64,000 nucleotides of DNA from assembly GCF_009914755.1 (NCBI RefSeq), contig NC_060940.1. One strand, given 5' to 3'. A program made the position numbers and the translations under genes. This DNA comes from the human T2T-CHM13v2.0 reference genome, Homo sapiens. Shown one piece after another: positions 18,282-36,524 of the stretch (position 1 is the first letter of the stretch; the number at the start of each line of letters is the position of its first letter). The notes beneath the pieces are model-generated. The model was not told where the DNA came from. It searched no databases and worked only from the letters and a program-made list of their open reading frames with translations.

Positions 18282-19869
18282 TGATCTGCCTGCCTTGGCC
18301 TCCCAAAGTGCTGGGATTACAGGCGTGAGCCACCATGCCCGGCCACCACTTTTTTTTTCTAGCTGTGACCATAGTTGTACATATCTCCCCTTCCCTGGCT
18401 TTTTTTTTTGTTTTTTTTTTCCTGAGACAGGATCTCGCTGTGTTACCCAGGCTGCAGTGCAGCGGTGCAATCATAGCTCACTGTAGCCTTGAACTCCTGG
18501 GCCAAATGAGCCTCCCACCTCGGCCTCCCAAAGCACTGAGATTACATGCGTGAGTCACTACTTCTGGCCTGTAAATACCCTTTCAAAAATATAATATTTG
18601 ATTAACATCTGCCATCTTACCATAAGAAACACTTAAAAAAATCCCAATCCAAAAAAATTCCAATCCTTTAAGCTATATAAGAGTAGCAGTTTTATCTTGT
18701 TCCTAGCAAGACATCTGGCATATAGTAAATGCTCAATAAATATTTGTTGACAGTATAAAGGTCAAGCAACAGCATAACTGGCATTATTACATGAAAGTAA
18801 TTATCCCTTAGAAACTCATTCACCCTTGGGGGACCCAGGCCAATAAAAAAATCACAGAAAACAATCCTATCTACCTTCCTCCTTCCTCCTTCCCTCGCTA
18901 GGTCCTTTGATTGGGGGGAGGTCTCAAATGCACACACTGTTTCTGTTTTATTTGGTGCAGCTGTTGTGTGCATGTGTTATGGAAACCCACATCAGGCAGG
19001 AGATTAAGGAGGAGAGGAGAAAAGAAAGGCATCGCTGGTATCACAGTGAAATTTACACTCTGCGGCCTCGCCCTAGCTCCTCTGTCTCTACCTGTCTGCC
19101 TATGAAACAGTTCAAAACTAATATGGCGCAATGGATGGTATTATAGACTTCCCACCTCCCTGGCCAGACTTCTTGGGTTCAAAGTTTGGCTTAATCACTT
19201 ACCATCTAAATAATCCCTGACAATGTACTCTGTCTTTCTGGGCCTTAGTGGCCTCATCTGCAAAATGGGGATAATACTACTTCTTACCTCATGGGGTTGT
19301 GAGGATTGCACAAGTTAATTTGTGTAAATTGCTAAGAACACAGCCTTAGGAAGCCTTGTCACTGTGAATGCATATTAATTTTTTTATTATTATTTTTTGA
19401 GACAGAGTCTTGCTCTGTTGCCCAGGCTGGAGTGCAGTGGTGTGATCTAAGCTCATTTCAACCTCCGCCTCCCAGGTTCAAGTGATTCTCCTGTTTCAGC
19501 TTCTCAAGTAGCTGGGACTACAGGTGCCCGCCACCATGCCCGGCTAATTTTTGTGTTTTTAGTAGAGACAGGGTTTTGCTATGTTGGCTAGGCTGGTCTT
19601 GAACTCCTGACCTTATGTGATCGGCCCGCCTCGGCTTCCCAAAGTGCTTGATTACAAGCACGAGCCACCATGCCTGGCCTACGATTATCATGTCTCCAGG
19701 CTTCAGTTTCCTTACCTCTGAGGTGAGGATCAATAACCTGGTTATTTCTAAGTGATGCTTAAAGAGGTTGAGAAGAAGCAAAGGCGCTCTGCACACAGGT
19801 GAGGTCAACAGCTGTTAGTGATGGAGACTGGCGCCGTCTGGGTCATCAGTGCTCCGGAATCAGGCTGCT

Positions 19870-20135
19870 CACGGGTTTGAATCTCACTTCCACTTTCACT
19901 CCTTATTAACTGTGTGACCTCGGGCAAGTCACTTCGCCTTTCTGAACCTCAGTTTCCCCATCTGTAAAAGGTAGGTGAATAACAGTATTCACCTCCTTCT
20001 GTGTGACTCAGCTTTGGAGTCAGCGGACCGGGTTCAAATCCCAGCCCTGCAAGTGATTAGCCAGGTGACCCTGGGCAGAGGGAATCACTCAACCTCTCTG
20101 CACCTGGGTTTCTTCCTTCATGAACGTGGAGACTT
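19870..20135 (+). mobile_element. Two adjacent MIR fragments just upstream of the promoter
   Basis: ctgtgtgacctcgggcaagtcacttcgcctttctgaacctcagtttccccatctgtaaaa and gggttcaaatcccagccct...gtgaccctgggca MIR cores. Confidence 0.75.
20003..20012 (+). promoter_or_regulatory. AP-1 / antioxidant response element (ARE)-type site
   Basis: GTGACTCAGC matches AP-1 TGACTCA and ARE RTGAYNNNGC, about 0.5 kb upstream of exon 1. An ARE/AP-1 site is known in the MRP1 promoter. Confidence 0.7.
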
Positions 20136-20448
20136 TACAGGATGAAATGAGGGCACAGTTAAGGCGCCCGGTACACTCCAGGCAGGTAGGGGGCTCCGTT
20201 CACGTTATTTTCCCCTGGTGACGGATACTGTCCTTAAACAGGATTTGAAAAGTGGTCGCAGGGTGTGTGGCCCCAAAGATCCCAGGCGCTTCCGGAAGGC
20301 GAGCCAACGCTCCCCAGGCCCGTCCGCGAGCGGGTGGGCCTAAGCCTTGGAGGATCTGGGGTGGGGGTGGCGCGGGGTCCAGGCCCGGGGCGCCGAGAGG
20401 TGGCTGGTCCGGCTGCCCACGCCGAGACGCGCGAGGTGAGCGGGCGCC

Positions 20449-20473
20449 GGGGCGGGGCGGGGTGGGGCGGGGC
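20449..20473 (+). promoter_or_regulatory. Overlapping Sp1/KLF GC boxes
   Basis: GGGGCGGGGCGGGGTGGGGCGGGGC immediately upstream of the 5'UTR. Confidence 0.85.
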
Positions 20474-20535
20474 CGCCGCATCCCCGTGACGCGCGGGCCA
20501 ACCAGGCGGCGTTGCGGCCCCGGCCCCGGCTCCCT

Positions 20536-20537
<2 letters not shown>

Positions 20538-20576
<39 letters not shown>
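20538..20576 (+). repeat. (GCC)13 trinucleotide repeat in the ABCC1 5'UTR
   Basis: 13 uninterrupted GCC units counted directly. Confidence 0.95.
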
Positions 20577-20577
<1 letters not shown>

Positions 20578-20583
20578 GCGCTA

Positions 20584-20689
20584 GCGCCAGCAGCCGGGCC
20601 CGATCACCCGCCGCCCGGTGCCCGCCGCCGCCCGCGCCAGCAACCGGGCCCGATCACCCGCCGCCCGGTGCCCGCCGCCGCCCGCGCCA
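20584..20689 (+). repeat. 50-bp tandem duplication in the 5'UTR (2 copies plus 6 nt)
   Basis: 20584-20633 and 20634-20683 are identical except 20593 G vs 20643 A. Confidence 0.95.
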
Positions 20690-20694
20690 CCGGC

Positions 20695-20742
20695 ATGGCG
20701 CTCCGGGGCTTCTGCAGCGCCGATGGCTCCGACCCGCTCTGG
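20695..20742 (+). CDS. ABCC1: ABCC1/MRP1 (multidrug resistance-associated protein 1) coding part of exon 1, codons 1-16; phase-0 intron follows
   Basis: ATG GCG CTC CGG GGC TTC TGC AGC GCC GAT GGC TCC GAC CCG CTC TGG = MALRGFCSADGSDPLW, the recognised MRP1 N-terminus. Kozak context ggcATGg; donor G|GTACGT at 20743; lies in a CpG island. Confidence 0.97.
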
Positions 20743-22596
20743 GTACGTGCCGGGGGCCGCGTGAGGCCGGCGGGACGGAGGGAGGCCGGCGGGGAGGGAA
20801 AGCACCGGGCCCGCAGCCGCCCGGGGCACCCCGCTCCCCGCTCTGCTGCCGGCCTCGGGGGCCCGGGACCCTCACGTCGCCCGCGGCCCAGCCCCTTTCG
20901 GGGGTGCAAGGCATGGGGGAAACTTGGGTGACTCAGTTCCTGCGGAGCAGAGCGTGGGGGGCCGCGTGCCCAGTCCTGGGGTTTTGGAGGGTCGGGTCGG
21001 GTCAGAGCCGCCGTGAGGAGGCCTTCCTGTTTTGGGGTTCCCGTCTGTAAAAACAACCTTCCAGGGAAGGGGACGCTAGAGATGGGGGGCGGGAAGAGGG
21101 GTGTCTCTCTGCTTCTGTTTTCCCATCTTTTTTGTGGTTAGGGTCCCCCCTTTTCACGAAAAATACTCCGTGCCAACGGGGTGAGCTGGGGAGGGGCTTA
21201 GATTGTAGAAAGGGACTTTCATTGTCTCCCCAAAGTTGTCGTACAAGCCACATTACTCTTCTGTGGTTACCTAGCTTTGTTTTTTTTGTTCTTTCTACTT
21301 AGATACTGCGGGGGAAGTTTGGGGGAACCAGGGAAGAAGGGGGATGTCCACCCTTGATGTGCCCTACCTGACCCTTGGCTCGGGGCAGACTTGGGGTGCA
21401 GCTGAGGACGCCCAGGACCCTGGTAGCTGTGGTCCTGCCCTCCCTTCCCTGCAACACGTGGAGCTCCTCTCTGGGGATGCCCCTTAGATTTAACCCCGGC
21501 AAGTTTTCTTCTGTAACGTGGCCTGCGGAGCCTGACTGGGTGTCTGGAGTCCACTTGCTGTGGTTTAAGCCCCAGTCTTTTGGGCTTCAGCTTCTCCGTA
21601 ATGCGATTTGCCTCTTTGTTCCAGGAAGGCAGGCACTTCTGTCTCGTGCTGTCTTGATTGTTGGTGAACGCAGTAGGCAAATCTGGACACGACTGTTTCT
21701 CTCTCCTCTTTTGTTTAGGAATCAGGAGAAACAGCCTTGGTTCTTAGGAGCTGGTGATCAGCTTCCAAAAATACTTTCTTGTCCTGTTTTGCCGGCCTTT
21801 CCTCGAGGGTTGCATTTGGAGTGTTGAAAAGTCATCCTCCAGGGCCCCATTGGAGGGTTTGGTTTTGTTTGTTTGTTTTTTTTAGTAGGGTATCATTGTG
21901 TTTAATAACCTACCACACTTTGATATATCTCCCATTTTAAGCCAGTGGGGTTGGAGAGTAACCCCAGGGGTGGAAATAGAACACAGACTTTGCCTTGAGG
22001 GTCTGGGGGTGATTGGAGCCTCTTTGCAGATGGACTTTCTTTAGCAGGGGAAAACCTGTGGCTTCCTTGTTGCCAGGTGTAGTAACAGCAAGATTATTTT
22101 TTGCAAAGATTCACATGGTGATCTGGGTTTGTGTTGCTGTGAATTCCAGAATATTCTCTTGTTTATTTTCTTCTGAATTGAGGAGGGGGCAAAACAGGGT
22201 GAACATCCATGAGGTTTTGTATCAGGACGTATTTTATTGATGGCAATTGGTAGTTGATGGCTAATGAGTATGTTTGGGGTGCGCTTTGTTTATCTTAAGA
22301 AACTCATTCACGAAGTCCAGTTGTAATATTTTTTAAAATTTTTATTTTCTTTTTTCTTTTTATTTTTTCCTTCGTTAAGGACTTTCTGCCACAGAAATTG
22401 CCAGGTGGTTGGGTTTTGCTTGGGGGTAATTGTAGCTGATCTCTGCCTCTGGTAGGTACCCCATCCCCGTGTTTGACCTTGCGTATTTCTGCTGTCTGGA
22501 TTCCAAGACTTGTTGGAGGTGCCTTGGAACCAGAATTTGAGAGGAGGCAACTGGGGCCTGAGTGGGAAAATTGAAATATAATTAACTGAAAGCTAG

Positions 22597-22950
<354 letters not shown>

Positions 22951-23981
22951 TAGCGTGTCCGAGGCCAGGAGCGACTGGCCTCCCAGGCAGTCAGATAACT
23001 GTGTGACCTTGAGCAAGCCACTTTCCCTCTGTGTGCCTCACTTTCCTCATCTCTAAAATTGGACAGGAGCCAAAAATGTGGCAGCCTTCTTGGGTTGTTG
23101 CGAAGGGTCAATGAGTTAATCTTGTAAGTGGCTCAGCTTGTGCCCTGCACGGAGATAAACAATGGTTAGTATTAAATATTATTTTTTCCAAAGATGAAGT
23201 TGTGTGTTTTAAGCTCCTTGTTCTTCCTTTGGATTCCCCTTTTCTTCAGCTGGTGGAGATGGGATTGGGCTGTGAAAAGGCAGTGAGGCACCCGTGCCTG
23301 GCTCCTGTTGTGACCAAGGTCATGTGCTTAGAAGTCAAGGTTAGTGGGCCTCGGGTGACTCTGTCAGAGCTTTGTTTCTGGGCTACTGTCTGCCTCTGAG
23401 CCGCAGGAAATGTCCAGAAAACCCAGAAGATGGAAATGGCCCATGATAAGTGTTCTGTTGACCTTTACTCAGACAGATGCTCTGGGAAGAGAAAAGGAGA
23501 ACTTTGCTATCAAAACGGAAAATAGGGCCTGAGGACAGGTCACAGCAGCCCTTGGCTTTCTTTTCTCATGGGGGTGGGACTGGTAGGAGGCGCTGCTTTG
23601 TGGTTGATATTGGCATGATGGTTGGAAAAATGGGCCTGGGACTTTTTGTGAGTTCATTAAAAAAAAAAAAAAAAAAAAAAAAGCAGGCCGGGTGCAGTGG
23701 CTCACGCCTGTAATCCCAGCACTTTGGGAGGCTGAGGCAGGCGGATTGCTTGAGGTCAGGAGTTCGAGACCAGCCTAGGCAACATGGATTGACCCCCGTC
23801 TCTACTAATAATACCAAAAAAAAAAAAAAAGCCTGGCATGGTGGTGTGGCACCTGTGGTCCCGGCTACTAGGGAGGCTGAGGCACTAGAATCACTTGAAG
23901 GCTGTGGGGGTGGAGGTTGCAATGAGCTGAGATCACGGTCACTGCACTCCAGTCTGGGCCACAGACTGAGACCCTGTCTCA

Positions 23982-24491
<510 letters not shown>

Positions 24492-26839
24492 TTAGCAAGG
24501 ACTTAAAATGTTGCTGCTTGGCACACAGCGCTCAGTAAAGATCAGTGGTCGTTGCCACCTGGAATTCTCCAGTTAATTTTTGCTGTTGCACCAACTGCCA
24601 CTGGAGAAGACCAGAAGGAAGCTGCAGGTGTGTGTCACCGTCGATGGAGTGAGCTGGTCCCAGGGTTGATGTGCACCTCTGAGATGCTCTGTGGCATCCA
24701 CCAACTCAGTAACCCCCTGAATATCTGACTTAGCCGCCAAGGAAGAATATCTTAGAAGCTATTAGGAATTCCTCTTGGGGCTAGGTCTGGGCCTTGGAGT
24801 CAGTCTGATCCCTGGTTTAATTCTTCCCCTTGGCTCAACAGCAGTGTACGACGAGCCAATTTTTCCCCTCCTCCAAGTGTGGCTTTGGTTTTCAAATCCA
24901 TCCCTTAGCCTTCTCCTACTTCCTCTGTTTTCCCCTCCCCACCCTTTTTTTTTTTTTTTTTTTGAGATGGTGTCTTGCTGTGTTGCCCAGGCTAGGGTGC
25001 AGTGGTGTGATCTCGGTTCACTACAACCTCTGCCTGCTGCGTTCACATGATTCCCCTGCCTCAGGCTCCCGAGTAGCTGGGATTACAGGCGCACAGCCAC
25101 CATGCCTGGCTAAGTTTTGTATTTTTACAAAACTTTACAAAACCCCCATAGAGACGGGGTTTCATCATGTTGGCCAGGCTGGTCTTGAACTCCTGACCTC
25201 AAGTGGTCAACCTGCCTCAGCCTCCCAAAGTGTTGGGGATTGCAAGCGTGAGCCACCGCGCTCAGCCTGTTTTCCCCCTTTTTGGCTGCCCCTCCTTCCA
25301 GACCCTTCCTCTCTCCCTTCCTTATGGAGTGTTAGAGTGGAAAGGGATGTCAGATCTTGGGGGGCCCTCCTCTCCACCCACCCCATTTCGTGGATGTGGA
25401 CACTGAGGTCCAGGATGGTGACATGACAGGGTGCAAGGTGGCAAGGTGAATGGCTTTGGGAGGAGATGAGGGTGACCCGGGAGAGGCCTGGGCAGGAGTG
25501 GACTCAGGGTTCCTGGTCCAAATGGGTTCGTGATTCAGGCCAATCAGGAGCGGATTCAGGGTTCCTTGGCCAAGTGGAGCCACTGCAGCCACAGGGGCCC
25601 TGCAGAAGGCAGCTGCAGCCGGTCCCTTTGGCCAAGACTCTCCTGAAGGGTCGTGTTCTCTTTCTCTGAGGACAAGTTCCATTTGTGATAGCCTGGAGGG
25701 GGTGCCTCGCCTTTGGGACCTGGTGGTAGATGGGGGGGAAGAAAACCTTTTCTGTTTGTGGACACAACTTTTAGGAACTGATCTCTCTATGTGGGTGTCT
25801 CCCACTGACCATGTTCCTAAAGAACGTGAGCTTCCTCTTCCCATGTCAGTCTCCAGCTTTGACTTCTCTTTTTCTCCTCCCATTCCTATCACATCTGTCA
25901 GCAAATCGTGTTGCCCGTTGCCTCAAACGGGCTGCTTTTCATGGCTTCCCCGACTTCCACTCTGGCTCGAGTCATCGTTGGCCAGTTTCTGGATTTGAAC
26001 AGTCACCTCAGTCCAGGCGCCGTGGCTCATGCCTGTAATCCTGGCACTTCGGGAGGCCAAGGCAGACGGATCATTTGAGGCCAGGAGTTTGAGACCAGTC
26101 TGGGCAGAATGGTGAAAACCTGTCTCAACTAAAAATACAAAAATTAGCCGAGCCTGGTGGTGGGCGCCTGTAATCCCAGCTACTTGGGAGGCTGAGGCAG
26201 GAGAATCGCTTGAGCCCAGTGGGGTTGGAGGTTGCAGTGAGCCGAGAGTTCGCCACTGCGCTCCAGCCTGGGTGACAGTGAGACTCTGTCTCAAAAAAAA
26301 AGAAAACAGCCACCTGTTCGCTGCTGTGCCTACTCTGCCCTTGACCCCTACAGTCTAGTCTTGGCCCAGCTGTCCCTCTTCTACTAAAACCCTGCAGTAG
26401 TTCCTTGAGGGTACAAGCCAAAGGGCTTACAGTGGCCTCGAAGGCTGGGCAGCATCTGTCCCCTTGGCCTCCCTGACCTCTTCTCTGGCTGCTTTCTGTC
26501 TCACTCTCCTCCAGCCACACTTGTGGCCAGGCCTGTCCCTGCCTCAGGGCCTTTGCACTTGCTGTTTCTCCTACCTACTATGTCCCTCACCTTCAAACTT
26601 TGTTCAGGTGTCACCTCAGGCATCCCGTTCTTTCCCTCCACTAGCAAATCTCTGTCCCCCATCTACACCCCCAGTAGCACTTACTGCCTTCTAATACACG
26701 TAATATTTTGCTGAAGTATTGTGCCTACTCTGTAAACTCCTACCAAAAGATCGGCTCCATAGGGGCAGGGATTTTGGCCTGTGTTTGTTTACGGCTGTAA
26801 TCCCAGCACCTAGAACTGTGCCTGGGGCTTAGTAAATAA

Positions 26840-27859
<1,020 letters not shown>

Positions 27860-27942
27860 TTTGTTGAATAAATGAATGACATGAAGTATTACAGTGGCTT
27901 TTGGGCGGTGTCGAAACTTCTTTGTAAGGATTTTAAGGATGA

Positions 27943-28431
<489 letters not shown>

Positions 28432-28524
28432 TGAGTGTTTGAGGTATGAGTTCCAAGCTAGGGGTTAGATATAGCTCACCACTGTGCTGGTTTGGCTTGA
28501 TTTTAATTATAGGAATGACTGTGA

Positions 28525-28757
<233 letters not shown>

Positions 28758-28839
28758 TGACCTCGTGATCCGCCCGCCTCGGCCTCCTAAAGTGCTGGGA
28801 TTACAGGCATGAGCCACTGTGGCCCGCCCTACAATGTTT

Positions 28840-29517
<678 letters not shown>

Positions 29518-29768
29518 TAGCTTTGATGATCAGCTCTTAGTGTGGTCAGTACAACTCTAGCTCGTGAAAACTTGCCCAAACATTTTGCCAAAATTAATTA
29601 ATGGCCAGACATCCTGAGGCAAGCTTCCCCCCGCTTAGCAAGAAAACTGGGATAGGGCAGCATCCCTGTGGGTGGAGTGGTGCTGGGGACCTGCACTTAC
29701 CTCTTAGAGGCTGAATGGTTGAACGGGGCCTTTGAGGAAGCTGTATTTTGCGGGTGGGGACATGGAGC

Positions 29769-29972
29769 ACAGTTGCTCAGTGTCGGCCCCGTTGACATGT
29801 AGGCCACATCATTCTTTGTGGCCTGGTTGCTGTTCTGTGCAGCGTAGTCTTAGCCCCAAACCTGGCCTCTACCCCCTAGTAGATGCTGGTAGCACCTCCT
29901 CTTGTTGTGACAACCGAAAATGCCTCTAGATGTTTCCATATGTTCCCTGGGGTGTGAAATCACACAGCCACT
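29769..29972 (-). mobile_element. MER20
   Basis: cctggcctctacccc...tagatgctggtagcacc...gttgtgacaaccgaaaatg is the reverse of MER20. Confidence 0.75.
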
Positions 29973-30169
29973 GGTGTGGAGGAATATGGGGGAGAAACAT
30001 GGAGCAAGACCTTCCTCCTCATCCTGCATTTCCCTAGGAGGTTGTGGGCTGTCGAAATTCTAGTGTAATTGGCTTACTGGGGTTGCCTTGGAGAAGCTTA
30101 ATGAGACGTTAAGGAGGTTAAACTCCAATTAGCTAGAGAAGAAACTTGCGGCAGTTTCTTTTTTACTGA

Positions 30170-30646
<477 letters not shown>

Positions 30647-30736
30647 TGAGATTCCACTTAAGTGTCCCCTTAGTTTAACTGTGGGATTCATCTCCTGGGG
30701 AGGTTGCCAGGTTCTGGAAAGTGGGTGTTAATGACC

Positions 30737-30944
30737 AGGGAGGGTGCCCCTAGGCTAGCATCCTGTAACCCTCAGGAATTGAGATTTTTATGGAGGTTTT
30801 CTCTTCCTTTCTGTGAGTTTTCTCTCTGAGAAACCTGTCTAGGGAGGGAGGCTCTAGGCTAGCATCCTGTAACCCTCAAGTAGTAATTGAGATTTTTATG
30901 GAGCTTTTATCTTCCTCTCTGTGAGTTTTCTCTCTGAGGAACCT
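30737..30944. repeat. ~104-bp tandem duplication of apparently unique intronic sequence
   Basis: Two copies of agggaggg...ctaggctagcatcctgtaaccctca...aattgagatttttatggag...ctgtgagttttctctctgag.aacct starting at 30737 and 30841. Confidence 0.9.
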
Positions 30945-33405
30945 CAGTGTACCTTTTACTGGCCTCCTAGGTAATACTTGTTTGGAGAATATGTGTGATG
31001 TCTAAGTCTTCCCAGTACAAGAAATTTGTGTGGTGTTTGACTGATTGATGGATGGAGTCTTGTTCTGTCGCCCTAGCTGATTGTACCACTGCACTGCAGT
31101 CTCGACCTCCCAGGCCAAGTGACCCTCCCAACTCACCCTCCCAAGTAGCTGGGACTACAGGCATGCACCAGCACACCCGGCTAATTTTTGTATTTTTTTT
31201 TGTAGAGATGGGGTTTCACTATGTTGCCCAGTTTGGTCTTGAACTCTTGAGCTCAAGCAGTCTCCCAGAGTGCTGGGATTACAGGTGTGAGCCACCACGC
31301 CCAGCCTCGTGTGGTCTTTGATACCCCTGGGTTCATTGTATTGTTCTTCCCACACTGCTTTTCATTCATTCATTTATTCAGTCATTATTAATTGAGCAGC
31401 TACTATGTGCTGCTGCTGCTCTAGGCACTGAGGATACAACAGTGAACAGGACAGACCAGGCCCATGTTCTCATGGGGTTTACACTGAGGGTGACGGAAAT
31501 GATTTCAGATGCTGGCAAGTGCTGCAAAGACTTGAACCGGGAAAAACTGGGTGAGGTGCAAACTACTACGGAGGGATGTCCACAGAAGGCCTTTCGGAGG
31601 CGGTGAGGTTTGACCCCAGAGCTCAGTGGCAAAGCTGGCCATGCAAGGATGTGGGGGAAGGGAGTCCCAGAGTGGGAAGAGAATGTGCATAGGCCTTGAG
31701 GAAGATCATGGTGTGGTTAAAGTATTGAGAAGTTTAACTCAAAGGAACTGCAGAGCCCATCTCATAAAAATCTCGCCTGGAGCATTCGGCAAAATGCATA
31801 AAGCACTAACACAATGGCTTGTGGTCCTGGAATTTCCAGGGAAGGCGCTTACCAGCTCAGCAAGGAAGTAGAACAATGCATGGTCCCTGGCAGAAGCAAG
31901 AACCTTCTGATCTGTTTATGTTTTAATGAAACGCAGGTTTTTTTTTTTTTTTTTTTTTAAATAGATGGGGGTCTTGCTATGCTGCTCAGGCTGGTCTCGA
32001 ACTCCTGGGCTCAAGCAATCCACCCACCTTGGTCCTTCCATGTGCTGGGATTACAGGCATGAGGCACTACGCCCTGCTGAATCTCAGGTCTTAAAAATTC
32101 AGTTTATTTTGTTTTATGAGTCTCTTCTCTTTCTCAGAACCTTAACTGAAACGTTTGTGATCAAGACCAACTTGGGTTTCCCCACTCCCCAGTTGCCTTT
32201 GATTCTCCGCCAAAGGCTTGTTCGTAAGATGATGAGGTACTTTTTTCCTGTGGTTAAGAGGACTTTCTATAGGTTGCTAGAAAACTCTTGTTTTAAAACA
32301 AGATGTTGTTGAATTGATCTGGCTGATTGCAGGAGGAAGATCTTGTACTGCAACTTTGTTGATGATGCTAATACTTTAAGGTGAATATTCTAGAAGAATA
32401 TAAAGGGAAAAATAAAAGTTTTAGTATGTTCCCACCCTGCCCTTTGTTCCCAGAAGTAGCCGTTATTGATGATGGTTGTTGATGATAGTTTCTTGGGTGT
32501 TTTTCGAGAAAAGTTTCAAGTATATGCAAATGTATGTGCAAGAACGTGTTCGTTTGTGTGTATATGTTTACATATTCATTTTTTCCCTCCCTAGTTGGGT
32601 ATTTTAAATACTGTTTTGTCTCTTGTTCTCTTCACTTAACCAGTGTTGATTTTCTTGCCATTTTAAGCCCATGCAAATTGAAAGTAAAAGCCAATCAAAT
32701 CAACTTTTTTTTTTTTTTTTTTTTAAACAAGCCACGCATTTGCCTGTTAAATGGCTGAGCCATGTATTCACCCATTCCCCTCTTGGTGTCTATCAAGGTC
32801 ATTCCCAGTTCCTGGTTTCTTGCTGTGATAAGCAGTGCTGCACTGAAGGCACATGTATGCAAATATATGTAAATGATTCAGCAGAATAAATTTTCCCACA
32901 GGAAATTGCTAGGTTGACAGTATGTGCATTTTGAAATTTGATAGTTAATTGTCAGGTTACTGCAGCAGTTTATACTCCCACTAATGGGCCCACCAGCACT
33001 TATTAAGCACCTGTTGTTTTCCTGCCATATCAGAAAAATTGAGCAAGCTGGGAAGTGATCAGGCCCATGTTGCTTGGCTGTGTGTGAGAGGGCTTTGCCC
33101 AGTTAAGTTAAACCTTACTTTCCAGAGGTCAGGAGATCAAAGCAGAAGTGTGCTTTGGTTTTGTTCAGTTTTTTAAAAGATGTGTTTAAATTTTAAACAT
33201 CTTTGGACTTATTTTAAAAATTGCTTTTAAATCAATAATTTAACAATGTGTAAAAACATTACTGATAGTCTCACCATGCTAATGTCACTCTGATTTTTAC
33301 ACCTAAACTAATTTAATTGCAGAGTTTTCTGATCACAAGTGACATGTGTTCCATATGACAGAACAAACAATACAAAGATATTTAAATAAAGCCTGAACAT
33401 GGTAC

Positions 33406-35473
<2,068 letters not shown>

Positions 35474-36141
35474 GTAATCTCTTGGGCTAACCAATAACCA
35501 ATGTATTCTTGTATTTTTTCTTTGAAATTTTATAAATATTTATAAATTTAAATAACATTTAAATCAAAATGGATTATGTTGTAATCATTACTCTGCCAGT
35601 TTTTTTTTTTTAATTTTTAAATTTATTTTTTGTAGAGACAGGATCTCCCTATGTTACCCAGGCTGGTTTTGAACCCCTGGACTGAATCGATCCTCCGGCT
35701 TTGGCCTCCCAAAGTGCTGGGATCAAAGTTTGTTAATTTGATAGCTAAAATATATTTTCATCTGCATTTCAATTACAATTAGAAGCTATGTATCCTGCAA
35801 CATATTTTCCAGCAATTTGTGTATTTTCAGTGTGTCTTTCTGAGTCCTTTTTGGGTATGCCTGGACTAGTTTGTCTTTTTCCTGTTAGTTTGTAAGGGCT
35901 CTTGTTATTGTGGGACCTTTCCTCTTTGTCCATCACCTGTATTGTATAAATATTTTGTTACAGGCTATTGTTTTCCTATTGGCATATTAACATTTGAGTC
36001 TTGTTCTTACTAGTATGTAGTTTTGCAAGGTTGCATTTGTAGCTTGCATACTGTCTCCTATGTTTTTATTTACTGTAATAAGTATTTTCCCATGTACCCA
36101 CGTAACCTTTTTAATTAAACCTATAAATGTCCAATCGATAG

Positions 36142-36524
<383 letters not shown>

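Larger units (their letters stand above)
20500..20694 (+). other. ABCC1: ABCC1 exon 1 5'UTR (TSS approximate)
   Basis: Extremely GC-rich, ATG-free stretch between the GC boxes (20449-20473) and the start codon. The exact TSS cannot be read from sequence. Confidence 0.75.
20160..21080. promoter_or_regulatory. CpG island / TATA-less ABCC1 promoter
   Basis: Abrupt rise in GC and CpG density against the CpG-depleted flanks; no TATA box upstream of exon 1. Confidence 0.92.

Noticed and set aside
20200-21056. Overlapping Arg/Pro/Gly-rich ORFs on both strands at the CpG island
   Set aside because: Stop codons are rare at this GC content. Only 20695-20742 matches a known protein, and the reading beyond 20742 is intron.
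25350-25904. 184-aa minus-strand ORF in non-Alu sequence
   Set aside because: Non-ATG start, no recognisable motif, no promoter or splice support; length is compatible with chance.
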